Assembly: GCA_015228875.1 (NCBI GenBank)
Contig: JADGCS010000005.1
Coordinates: 3,122-67,121, forward strand
Direction of reading: 5' to 3'
Length of the DNA: 64,000 nucleotides
Source: Deltaproteobacteria bacterium
GTDB lineage: Bacteria; UBA10199; JADGCS01
Shown here: piece after piece, positions 1 to 9,030 of the stretch
Layout of the letters: each line of letters starts with the position of its first letter
How positions within the stretch are numbered: position 1 is the stretch's first letter
The notes under the pieces: model-generated
Seen by the model: the letters and a program-made list of their open reading frames with translations, nothing else
What the model was told of the DNA's origin: nothing
Databases searched by the model: none
Position numbers and translations under genes: made by a program

Positions 1-14
1 TCAGTGATGTTTTT

Positions 15-1229
15 TTGGGATACAGAAACACGCCGCACATGATCATGGCTGTAAAAAAAGAGGTCCCGGACGGGTCTTTTTATGTCCTGCGTGTGACCAT
101 TGACATCAAAGAGCTGGACAGCACACTTTCTGCCCTCGATCTCAGGGAAAAAAGTGATGCTTTCCTGATCAACCATGACGGGCTGATTCAAACACCTTCA
201 AAGTTCCATGGCGAGCTGCTCAAAAAGACAACCCTGCCCATTCCCGAATATGCGGCTCATTCGCAGATCACGGAGGCTGTTGATGCCAACGGCAGCCACG
301 TCTTGATCGGCTACGCTTTTATAGAAAAATCTCCTTATATTCTCCTTTTGGTCAAACAGAGTCAGGCGATCATGCAGGGCTGGTATTCGATCCGAAAACA
401 GATCAACTGGGTTTTTTGTATCAGCGTTGTTGTGACCCTCATGATTGTCTTGAGTGTTTCAACCTTTATGATCAACAAGATTTACGACGCAGACCAGACA
501 AGGTTAAAAGCCATGGATCGTCTGGAGAGTTCCGGAAAATTAATTTCTGTCGGACGTCTCGCTGTTGGTGTTGCCCATGAGATCAATAATCCCCTTGCTG
601 TCATCGGTGAAAACGCGGGGCTTATCGAGGACATTATCAATTACAAGGATAAGTACAGAGATGATCAGCAACTCAAGGAACTCATTGCGGCCGTACTGGA
701 ATCTGTCACCCGCTGCGGTGAGATTACAAAGCAGCTCCTGGAATTCGCCCGGCGTTTTGAACCAACCATACAACCCTTGGATGTCAACAAGGTCATCACA
801 TCGGCGCTTTCCCTGTTAAGAAAGGAGGCCTCTTATCGTAATATCACCGTGAGTGTAGACGTGCCCGGGGATTTTCCTCTTGTTCATTCCGATCATGGGA
901 GTTTGCAGCAGATTTTAATCAATCTTTTTAACAATGCGTTTCAGGCCATGCAGGACGGCGGACGACTTGAAATGATCGTGGCAAAAATAAACGACACACA
1001 TGTGAGTTTCGCGATCAAAGACAATGGCTGCGGCATTTCCAGGGAAGACCAGAAAAAAATATTTGAACCGTTCTTTACAACAAAGGGCGTGAAGGGGGGA
1101 ACGGGTCTCGGGCTTTCGATAACCTACAGGCTTGTTCAAAAACTTGGAGGTGAGATTTCCGTTTACAGCATGGTTGGCGAGGGAACAACTTTCACGGTCA
1201 CCTTGCCCATCATGCAAAAGGATGCTTAA
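15..1229 (+). CDS. Sensor histidine kinase, NtrB-like (5'-truncated by window edge)
   Basis: TM helix, H-box VAHEINNPL, N-box NLFNNAFQA, DNGCG and TGLGL G-boxes; frame is open back to the window start. Confidence 0.92.
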   Translation: MGYRNTPHMIMAVKKEVPDGSFYVLRVTIDIKELDSTLSALDLREKSDAFLINHDGLIQTPSKFHGELLKKTTLPIPEYAAHSQITEAVDANGSHVLIGYAFIEKSPYILLLVKQSQAIMQGWYSIRKQINWVFCISVVVTLMIVLSVSTFMINKIYDADQTRLKAMDRLESSGKLISVGRLAVGVAHEINNPLAVIGENAGLIEDIINYKDKYRDDQQLKELIAAVLESVTRCGEITKQLLEFARRFEPTIQPLDVNKVITSALSLLRKEASYRNITVSVDVPGDFPLVHSDHGSLQQILINLFNNAFQAMQDGGRLEMIVAKINDTHVSFAIKDNGCGISREDQKKIFEPFFTTKGVKGGTGLGLSITYRLVQKLGGEISVYSMVGEGTTFTVTLPIMQKDA

Positions 1230-1230
1230 A

Positions 1231-1590
1231 ATGAAATTATTACTTGTTGATGACGAAGAAAAATTTGTTTCACGACTGGCAGAAAGGCTTGCATTCAGGG
1301 GGTATGATGCCGACTGGGCGACTACCTGCGATGATGCTTTGGCAAAAGCAAAGTCGGGACAACATGATATTGCCGTACTGGATATCAAGATGCCCGCCGT
1401 GAGTGGGTTTGATCTCAAAAAGAAACTGGCTGAAATTGTTCCGGGGATGAAATTTATTTTCGTTACGGGCCATGGTTCCGAACAGGATTATGACAGCGGC
1501 TGCAAAGAGGCCGTCTGTTGTATTATCAAGCCCTTTCAAATTGAGATGCTCATTGAAAAAATTAGGGAGGCATCTGCTGTATCGAAGTGA
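1231..1590 (+). CDS. Single-domain response regulator receiver
   Basis: ATG at 1231 directly after the kinase stop; LLVDDE, VLDIKMP, VTGHG and KP motifs. Confidence 0.92.
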   Translation: MKLLLVDDEEKFVSRLAERLAFRGYDADWATTCDDALAKAKSGQHDIAVLDIKMPAVSGFDLKKKLAEIVPGMKFIFVTGHGSEQDYDSGCKEAVCCIIKPFQIEMLIEKIREASAVSK

Positions 1591-2300
1591 AAAAAGGAAA
1601 AACGATGGGTAAAGTTGTGAAAAATGCAGGCGCAGAAGGATTGCGGTTTTTCGGCAAGACCAACCGATTGATATCACATGAATTGAAAAATGTGTTTGCG
1701 ATCATCACGGAAACATTGGGTCTCATGGAGGATTTGCTGGAACTGTCTCAGGGAGGCGAAACCTTAAATCTGGACAGGCTCCATTCCATCAAACAAAGCA
1801 TCATTGACGAGGTGGGACGTGCCAATTCTGTCGTGAGGTGTTTAAATACCGTGGCCCATTGCGTCGACGAACTTGTTGGTCCTGTTGATGTGGCAGAGAT
1901 CATCTCTCTTGCCGTTGAGATTACCAAATTTAATCCCGTTTTAAGGAATACCGCAATCCGTTTTGTAAAAACAGAACCGCAGGTCATTTATTCAAGCCGT
2001 TTTTTTCTTGTTAATCTTTTTTATCACATCCTTGACTTCGCGATCTCTGCGATGGGACCGGAGGGGGTGATTCACATTGTCTCAGACGTCGAAGACAAAA
2101 AAATCAGGGTTTCTTTTTCGGGTGTTGACGGCACTCAACTCAAATCGTTTTCTACCACAAATGCAAGCCGCCTGATTAAAATCGTGGGTGCAAAAACGGC
2201 CGTTAATATCCCGGACGGAAAACTTGAGGTTCTTCTTCCCATCAATCCCCCAAAGGGTGGTTTGCTCTTCCCTGTTTTTCCTGTTTTTAAGCCTTTTTGA
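1587..2300 (+). CDS. HisKA-containing protein with degenerate ATPase domain
   Basis: ISHELKN H-box present; no recognisable N or G boxes; overlaps the RR stop. Confidence 0.7.
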   Translation: MKKGKTMGKVVKNAGAEGLRFFGKTNRLISHELKNVFAIITETLGLMEDLLELSQGGETLNLDRLHSIKQSIIDEVGRANSVVRCLNTVAHCVDELVGPVDVAEIISLAVEITKFNPVLRNTAIRFVKTEPQVIYSSRFFLVNLFYHILDFAISAMGPEGVIHIVSDVEDKKIRVSFSGVDGTQLKSFSTTNASRLIKIVGAKTAVNIPDGKLEVLLPINPPKGGLLFPVFPVFKPF

Positions 2301-2563
2301 AGGGAGGCTTAATACCCATCTCAAGGATATTTTTTGCTTCCTTACCTGCAAAAGTATAAAACATCGTTGATTCAAGTTTTTTTAAGGCGGTTTCTACGCG
2401 GTGATGGACATCAACAGGCAGGGTCGCATCCAGAAAGGCCTCTTTGAGGCCTTGCATGAAACGGTACCACATACCCATCGCCATCATAGTCCCAAAAATG
2501 AGACTCAGGCGGGACTGCTGTGGTACGGTTTTTTATTTTTCCACCGGCCAATAATAAATCATT

Positions 2564-4183
2564 TTATTTAAACACCAGCGGGCTGAAGATCACCCAGAAA
2601 GAGATTATCGTAAGTGCGAGTATCACCGAAAGGGCTATGTCCATCTTATAGGCCCCCCGCCTGTGCGACATGGAGGCATGAACGTCCGGTGAGACATTGA
2701 AAACGGCGAGCGATGCCTTGCTCGGGGGACTCGTCATCAGGCTCACGATTGCATGCACAAGAATGGCAATAACAAAGAGAATCGCTGCAAAGTGCAGAAA
2801 GTTTATGTTCGCCATCTTAACGACCGGTTCAAAGGTTATCGTTCCTGCCTTAACCAGTAGTTCTCCTACGAACCTCGAGGCGCCAAGGATAAATCCGACA
2901 AGCAGCGCGGTCAATGCGCCGTGACCGTTCGCGCGTTTCCATAATATCCCCAGCAGGAATACCGCAGCGATTGGCGGCGATATGTATGCCTGCACGGATT
3001 GCAGATAGATGAAGAGCTGATTACTGATGATACCAATGAACGGGAGCCATAGAATGCCGATCACGACAAGTATAGCCGTGACCACCCTGCCCGCGTTTAC
3101 AAGCTGTTTCTCGGTAGAGTTTGGCTTCCACTGTTTATAGAAATCAACGACCGCGAGAGTTGAGCTGCTGTTAAAGACGCTCGAAAGCGAGCTCATGATG
3201 GCCGCAAGGAGCGCCGAGACTACGAGCCCCTTTACACCGATCGGCAAAAGAGTGTTCACCATCTTCGCATACATCTGGTCCGGAGCCACATCCGGGAAAA
3301 GGATGCGTCCCGCGAGTCCCGGCAGCACTAAAATAAAGACCGGCAGTATCTTGAGATATCCGGCGAATATCGTCGCCTTCTGGGCATCATCGACGCTCTT
3401 CGCCGCAAGAGTTCTCTGTACTATTACCTGATCCGTGCACCAGTACCAGATGCCGAGTATCGGAGCCCCAAAGAGTATTCCCGTCCACGGAAAGTCGGGA
3501 TGATTGAACGAATGCCAGACAGAGAAGAACGAGGATGGCAGTCCTGAGGTCAGGGCCGAGAGACCTCCGGCCTGATCGACTCCGATGATCGTAAGGATTA
3601 TGGCCCCGGCGATTAAAATGAAGGCCTGCACAAAGTCGGTATAGATGACCGCGCGAAGCCCGCCGACTATCGTGTAAAGGCCGGTTGCGACAACAAGAAC
3701 GATAGCGCCTATCCATATGTTCCAGCCCAGAACGGTCTTGAGCACAAGAGCGCCGGCATAGACAGAGACGCTTATTTTTGTGAAGATATAGGCAAGGAGT
3801 GAAATGCTCGAGAGATAGGTTCGGCATCCACGATTATAACGCCGCTCTAAGAACTCCGGCATCGTAAATACTCCGGTTCGGAGATAGAAAGGAACGAATA
3901 GCCAGCCGAGCAGCAGAAGAATGAAGCAGGCCAGCCATTCGAACTGTCCGACGGCCAGGCCACTCGCTGCGCCGCTCCCGGCAAGTCCTATGAAATGCTC
4001 GGCCGAGATATTGGTCGCAAAAAGAGAGGCCCCAATCATCACCCAGCCCATCTCGTGGCCGGCAAGAAAGTATCCGTGAGTATCCTTTTGATTCTTGCGG
4101 CTCGACCACCAGCCGACGACCCCGACCACTGCGAAATAAACCACGATAACTGTGATGTCTAAAAAGTGCATAGGCCCCTCCAA
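2564..4183 (-). CDS. Sodium:solute symporter (SSS/SGLT family)
   Basis: GASLFATNISAEHFIGLAGSG, TMPEFLERRY, WYWCTDQVIVQR motifs; many TM helices. Confidence 0.95.
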   Translation of the reverse strand: MEGPMHFLDITVIVVYFAVVGVVGWWSSRKNQKDTHGYFLAGHEMGWVMIGASLFATNISAEHFIGLAGSGAASGLAVGQFEWLACFILLLLGWLFVPFYLRTGVFTMPEFLERRYNRGCRTYLSSISLLAYIFTKISVSVYAGALVLKTVLGWNIWIGAIVLVVATGLYTIVGGLRAVIYTDFVQAFILIAGAIILTIIGVDQAGGLSALTSGLPSSFFSVWHSFNHPDFPWTGILFGAPILGIWYWCTDQVIVQRTLAAKSVDDAQKATIFAGYLKILPVFILVLPGLAGRILFPDVAPDQMYAKMVNTLLPIGVKGLVVSALLAAIMSSLSSVFNSSSTLAVVDFYKQWKPNSTEKQLVNAGRVVTAILVVIGILWLPFIGIISNQLFIYLQSVQAYISPPIAAVFLLGILWKRANGHGALTALLVGFILGASRFVGELLVKAGTITFEPVVKMANINFLHFAAILFVIAILVHAIVSLMTSPPSKASLAVFNVSPDVHASMSHRRGAYKMDIALSVILALTIISFWVIFSPLVFK

Positions 4184-4439
4184 AAAATAGATTGGAAGGC
4201 ACCTATGTCATAAAGCTTAAATCTTGCAAGAAAAAGAATGACTGACAGACCGAACCGATGTTCAGAATAAACGGGAAAAAAAAGGACAGACACCAAAATA
4301 TTAGGCTGTGTAGCAAACGGCGGGCTTTATGTGTATGACATGATCCTTCTCGTCTGGGCCGCGCACAACGGCGTGCAGGGGACTGCCACGATGAGGGTCG
4401 AGTCGCACAAACTTTTTTTTGACCTCTTGCGTTTTGATA

Positions 4440-5051
4440 TTAAAGCGCGTACCTCAGCCCCGAGGCAACGGCAAATTCTGTGGCACCCTCTTTAAAAACA
4501 ACGGGACCCGTGAGGGCCGATAAGGCGAGATCCAATTTTAAACCATCAATGATACAGTCCAAACCAATTTCAACTCCTACCCTGTTATTCATTGAGACGC
4601 CGGTCTTAACAACGGGAGTTGTGTGGTTTCCCTCTTTGCGCAGGTTTGTTATTTGCCCTCTCAAATGGTCCACACCATAAAGGGAGGCAAGATACAGACT
4701 TAAGGATCCCTTGCCAAAGTCTGAATACACTGGCGTTCCGATTTCCAGACGCACCCCCGCTCTCGCAGCCATCCGGTTACTGGAGAGTGCCTCTGCGGGT
4801 TGTGGACTTCCATCAACATAACTGTCGCGCGTCACATGATCCCTTGAGTAGACAACCTCTGCCATGACCCCAAACAGAAATGGGCCCGCATGCAAAGAAA
4901 CGTCGGAGTTCACGGCCACGCCATTGCCCCCGTTACGCTGGTTGGGTGTGAGGGGCGAAAGATTAAGCTTGTGCTCATAACCAACACCGAACCTTAATGA
5001 TAAATCATCAGAGAGTGAAGACATAAAGTCCCTCCATGTTTCAGTTCCCAT
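4440..5051 (-). CDS. Hypothetical protein with beta-barrel-like amphipathic strands
   Basis: 203-aa ORF with alternating hydrophobic pattern, ends SGLRYAL; no signal peptide seen. Confidence 0.55.
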   Translation of the reverse strand: MGTETWRDFMSSLSDDLSLRFGVGYEHKLNLSPLTPNQRNGGNGVAVNSDVSLHAGPFLFGVMAEVVYSRDHVTRDSYVDGSPQPAEALSSNRMAARAGVRLEIGTPVYSDFGKGSLSLYLASLYGVDHLRGQITNLRKEGNHTTPVVKTGVSMNNRVGVEIGLDCIIDGLKLDLALSALTGPVVFKEGATEFAVASGLRYAL

Positions 5052-5459
5052 CGTCGGTTGCTCTGTAAAGAAGTTGTGTAATAAATCACTCCCAAATTCT
5101 GCATCTGCATAACATTGCAGGATGATTTATAATTTCCGGGGGGATTTTTATAACAACATGCCTTTTACCCCTTGTTTTTTTTAGAGCGAGCAATCTTTAC
5201 CGCCCCCGAATACCGATTTTTGGGGGGCAATGCGGGAATTCCGCACGTCCGGATGTGTAACATCATAACAAGCTTGTCATGAGCAGACCGCGCGCATAGA
5301 ATTTGAAAGGGTTTGGTGGTCTGTGACCGTCTTGCGTTCTGTTGTCTGATCTCTTTGCGCTCTAAAAATATTTGCAAAGGAACACCACATTAATGTAGCT
5401 GCCTGATTAACAATTCAGGAAGTTCAAATCTCTCCCACAGAGGGACCAAGATCGCCATT

Positions 5460-6356
5460 ATGGAAAAAAAACTTGTCAATCCAGATCAACTTAAACAAAA
5501 AAACCTTCTTCACATTCAGGATGTCTACAAATATTACGGAGACAAACTTGTCTTGAATGATATCGACTTTTCTGTGGCTCATCGTGAATTATGCACGGTG
5601 GTCGGCCCCAGTGGTTGCGGCAAGTCAACTCTTTTGCGGCTTGTGCTGGGACAGGAACATCCGACAACGGGGCAAATTTTTATCGATAACAAACCCATTG
5701 GTGTCACGGACAAAACGCGCGGGATCGTCTATCAAAAATACTCACTCTACCCGCACCTGACAGTCCTCGAAAACGTAGCGTTGGGGCTTTGTCTCAACTG
5801 CGGTTTTATTGAAGAAGTGAGGACTCGCCACAAGATAAAAAAAGAGGCCCGCTATTTTTTAGATAGGGTGGGGCTTGCATCGCACGAGGCGAAATACCCG
5901 CACGAGCTCTCGGGCGGGATGCAGCAACGTGTCGCGATTGCACAGGCCATGATCACGCGGCCAAAAATATTAATGATGGACGAACCCTTTGGCGCCCTTG
6001 ATCCGGGGACACGCGAGAGCATGCAGCTTTTTTTGTTGGAGGTGTGGGAAGAATTTAAAATGACGGTTTTCTTTGTGACCCATGACCTCGAAGAGGCCCT
6101 GTTTTTGGGGACGAGGGTTGTGGTTCTCTCCCAGTATTACTCGGAGGGAGAGGGCAAGGACAGAAAAAAAGGGCAGGGTGCAAAGATCGTTGCTGACTAC
6201 AACCTTGATAAAGAGGCAAAGTCATCGGCAATTAAAAAGAACAAAGACTTTGTAAATCTTATTTACCAAATACGCAGGGAGGGTTTTGATCCCGAACACC
6301 TGCAGTACATTTCGGAGTTTAACCTCAAACACCCGGATTCGTTTCAGACAATTTGA
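5460..6356 (+). CDS. ABC transporter ATP-binding protein (NitT/TauT family)
   Basis: Walker A GPSGCGKST, signature LSGGMQQR, Walker B LMDEPF, VTHD. Confidence 0.92.
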   Translation: MEKKLVNPDQLKQKNLLHIQDVYKYYGDKLVLNDIDFSVAHRELCTVVGPSGCGKSTLLRLVLGQEHPTTGQIFIDNKPIGVTDKTRGIVYQKYSLYPHLTVLENVALGLCLNCGFIEEVRTRHKIKKEARYFLDRVGLASHEAKYPHELSGGMQQRVAIAQAMITRPKILMMDEPFGALDPGTRESMQLFLLEVWEEFKMTVFFVTHDLEEALFLGTRVVVLSQYYSEGEGKDRKKGQGAKIVADYNLDKEAKSSAIKKNKDFVNLIYQIRREGFDPEHLQYISEFNLKHPDSFQTI

Positions 6357-6524
6357 GACATTTGGTGTCATCCATAAAATGATAATAACACCCCGCGTCA
6401 ACACTTCTTGCCCAGACAATCCATGAACCACCTTGACATTATTAATATTTGATGAATCAATTATAAATAAAAAAACAATAACCATAAGAGCAACGCACAA
6501 ACTTAAACACGGGGGGAGGGTACA

Positions 6525-7406
6525 ATGTTTCAAAGCATGGGACGATTGATCGGCATGTCAACAGGAGGTGTCGGGGTTGTTGGCGCAGGAGTGGAGAGCG
6601 GTCAATGCGCAAGGGGTCAGGCGGCGGTTTTAGACACCCGTGCTCAAGGGCAACGGGCTGCGTCTGCTTCAACGCCTCCTCAATTAGAGTTGAGAGACGC
6701 AGGTGATCGCTTCGGTTTTGCACCAGCCGCACCTGTCGTGGAGCCTGTGTCCCCGGGTGTTCAAATGTCCATCACTGCAAGACCTCCCAAAGAACTACCG
6801 TACCAGCTCAAACGCCGGATGATGGCGATGGGCGAAGGGGCTGCCAGTTTTGGCGCCCTTGTTACTCACAAAAGAACAGAGCTGTTGTATCCAGACGAAT
6901 TTAAAACTCTTGGTCTTCTTGATGATAGAGTGAGAATCACCGGCGAAATACCACTTATCACACTCCTTGATGCAACAGGGACAGAAGTTGTTGCTCAACG
7001 AGATGTCATTCTTGCACGCCTTAACAGGATCAGGGGGGTTGCAAACTCACACCTTGGCGGCCCACTGCGTTTCAGGGATGCCCTGACCCTCAAGGTTGCG
7101 ATTATTGTTGTGCAGCCTGATGTAAATCAATCTGCCAAAAACGCCGACACAGCCTTTGCCGCACTTATCGGTAATAACGTGATCACACTGGAGCAAGAAT
7201 ACGGTGTTGTTGCCGGTTCTTGGCCCACGACGATTCGTGAAAAATTTGGCTTGCCGCGTGCGGAGAACGACAGACAATTTATGAGGCCTGTCAATACTGG
7301 GGATGGCAAAGGAGGTCTCTCAGCTGTCAGGAGAAGCGATCCCACAACAAGGCCCGTCACACTCCCGTGGGCACAGGGGCGGGCAAAGCCTTCCTGGATG
7401 GCGTGA
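6525..7406 (+). CDS. Hypothetical protein
   Basis: 293-aa ORF filling the gap between neighbours; GGAGG upstream; no motif recognised. Confidence 0.6.
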   Translation: MFQSMGRLIGMSTGGVGVVGAGVESGQCARGQAAVLDTRAQGQRAASASTPPQLELRDAGDRFGFAPAAPVVEPVSPGVQMSITARPPKELPYQLKRRMMAMGEGAASFGALVTHKRTELLYPDEFKTLGLLDDRVRITGEIPLITLLDATGTEVVAQRDVILARLNRIRGVANSHLGGPLRFRDALTLKVAIIVVQPDVNQSAKNADTAFAALIGNNVITLEQEYGVVAGSWPTTIREKFGLPRAENDRQFMRPVNTGDGKGGLSAVRRSDPTTRPVTLPWAQGRAKPSWMA

Positions 7407-7439
7407 TGGGGCGGTTTATGAAAAAGGGCCTTTGCTTGC

Positions 7440-8987
7440 CTATGGGCACCCAGTAAATGTTGCGTGGGCGTTGCAGTAATCAACTGGAAACTCGCTTGTC
7501 TGGTCCCTCGGAAAATCAACATCGTTTGGCCTGGTGGCTGTGATGTCCTCACTGCTTAAGGCAAAAGTGTCAAAGTCAAGACCTGACACATCGATCTGCA
7601 GGCCTTCGCAGGTTTCTGTGCTTTCAAGATCAACCCACTGTGCGGTGGGAAATACCCCATCATTGGTATTTTGCGCGCAGACGTTGTCTGCAACGACACC
7701 CTCTGTGTAGGAATTACTGTAGCCGCTCCAGTACTGCCTGTTAGAGAGTGCGCGTTCGAGGTACTTAAGCCAGGTTGTCCCACCAAACCAGTTTATGGAC
7801 TCGCCGTCTATGGTGTAGTGTTCTGCAGAATAATCGCCAAGGATATAGTGGACAGCCAGCCGGTTACGGGTTTCGCCACTTGATGAAACAATATCCTGAT
7901 AGACTGATGCTCGTGTAAAGCTGATAGACAGGGCATCTGTGGTATCATTGTCATAGCGGGTCTGCATGAGTGTGACCTCTGTTGATTTTGAGTCGTCACT
8001 TGCCGCGTGGTTAAAGGTGACGCCTGCCACACTCTCGATATCTACTGTCCATGTTTGACCTGTGTTGGCAATGTTAACTGTTTCATCAGGTGTTGTGACC
8101 TTGGCGCGGTAAGCCCCCTCTCCTGTATTGAGATATTTTGCCGCTTCAGCAATGTATGAGCTACTTGATGTGTCCGTATCGGCCAGGGTGGAAAGACAGT
8201 CGACAGACCGTCTGCCTGTCTCCGGGTCGACAAGCAGGGCATTGCAGGGGATCCTGTCAAGACGCATGGCGATGGTGGGGGTGATGTCGGTGATACCTGC
8301 CGTGACGTCACGGCTCCAGATCCTCACACACACCGGGGCGTAGGCCGTTGTCTCCGAGGGACAACCACTGGCACATTCATCAGGATAGCTCGCGCAGTCT
8401 GCAGGGCAGGAACTGCCCGTGCACCCCTCTGCAGTGCCATCCTGATCAAGGTCAAAGTCTGAGAAACTGATATACACAGTGTTGGTCGTCGTGCCCGAGG
8501 GAGAGAGCGCGGGGAGCTCGTTTCCGCCTGCATCAAAACAGGAACCCGCAGCGTTATTAAACTCGCAGTAACTGATAGTGGTGCTTGCCGGTATGGCAAG
8601 CCCGCTGTAGGCCGCGAGGACACCGATAGAATCGGTCGAGCTGCCGTCACTGTCCGCATCTTCTGTATCAACAGCTGCCACAAATTGTATGGCTGCATCT
8701 GTGAGAAGGTCTCCAGTGCTGATGGATGAAGTGAGTGTTGCTGAACTGACGGCCATCGAAAACCCTTTGGCGAACTGCAACTGCTGTGAAGACAGAGATG
8801 CAGCGGCTGCTGTTTCGAAAGGTATCTCCAGTGAAGCGGGGAAAACGATATGGCCTGGTACCTGCAGGTCTGCAACCTGGGGCGGTGGCGCCGATTCATC
8901 GTTGGAGGATGAGCTTGAACATGAAGCGCACACGAGGAGGCAGATCAGTAAGACAAGAGAGGTAGCAAAACGGGGTACACGCAGCAT
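7440..8987 (-). CDS. Secreted/lipoprotein hypothetical, Cys- and Ser/Thr/Asp-rich
   Basis: Hydrophobic N-terminus ending ASC followed by a poly-Ser linker; multiple Cys. Confidence 0.75.
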   Translation of the reverse strand: MLRVPRFATSLVLLICLLVCASCSSSSSNDESAPPPQVADLQVPGHIVFPASLEIPFETAAAASLSSQQLQFAKGFSMAVSSATLTSSISTGDLLTDAAIQFVAAVDTEDADSDGSSTDSIGVLAAYSGLAIPASTTISYCEFNNAAGSCFDAGGNELPALSPSGTTTNTVYISFSDFDLDQDGTAEGCTGSSCPADCASYPDECASGCPSETTAYAPVCVRIWSRDVTAGITDITPTIAMRLDRIPCNALLVDPETGRRSVDCLSTLADTDTSSSSYIAEAAKYLNTGEGAYRAKVTTPDETVNIANTGQTWTVDIESVAGVTFNHAASDDSKSTEVTLMQTRYDNDTTDALSISFTRASVYQDIVSSSGETRNRLAVHYILGDYSAEHYTIDGESINWFGGTTWLKYLERALSNRQYWSGYSNSYTEGVVADNVCAQNTNDGVFPTAQWVDLESTETCEGLQIDVSGLDFDTFALSSEDITATRPNDVDFPRDQTSEFPVDYCNAHATFTGCP

Positions 8988-9030
8988 TTGTTGGAGTATA
9001 CGTTAAGGCCGATGCGCGGTCAATTTCTGG

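Noticed and set aside
2287-2487. 66-aa minus-strand ORF
   Set aside because: No RBS or motif, overlaps the neighbouring gene end, and an in-frame stop lies just upstream; cannot be supported.
5165-5459. Riboswitch upstream of the ABC ATPase
   Set aside because: Some hairpins are present but no guanidine, TPP, SAM or cobalamin consensus could be matched.
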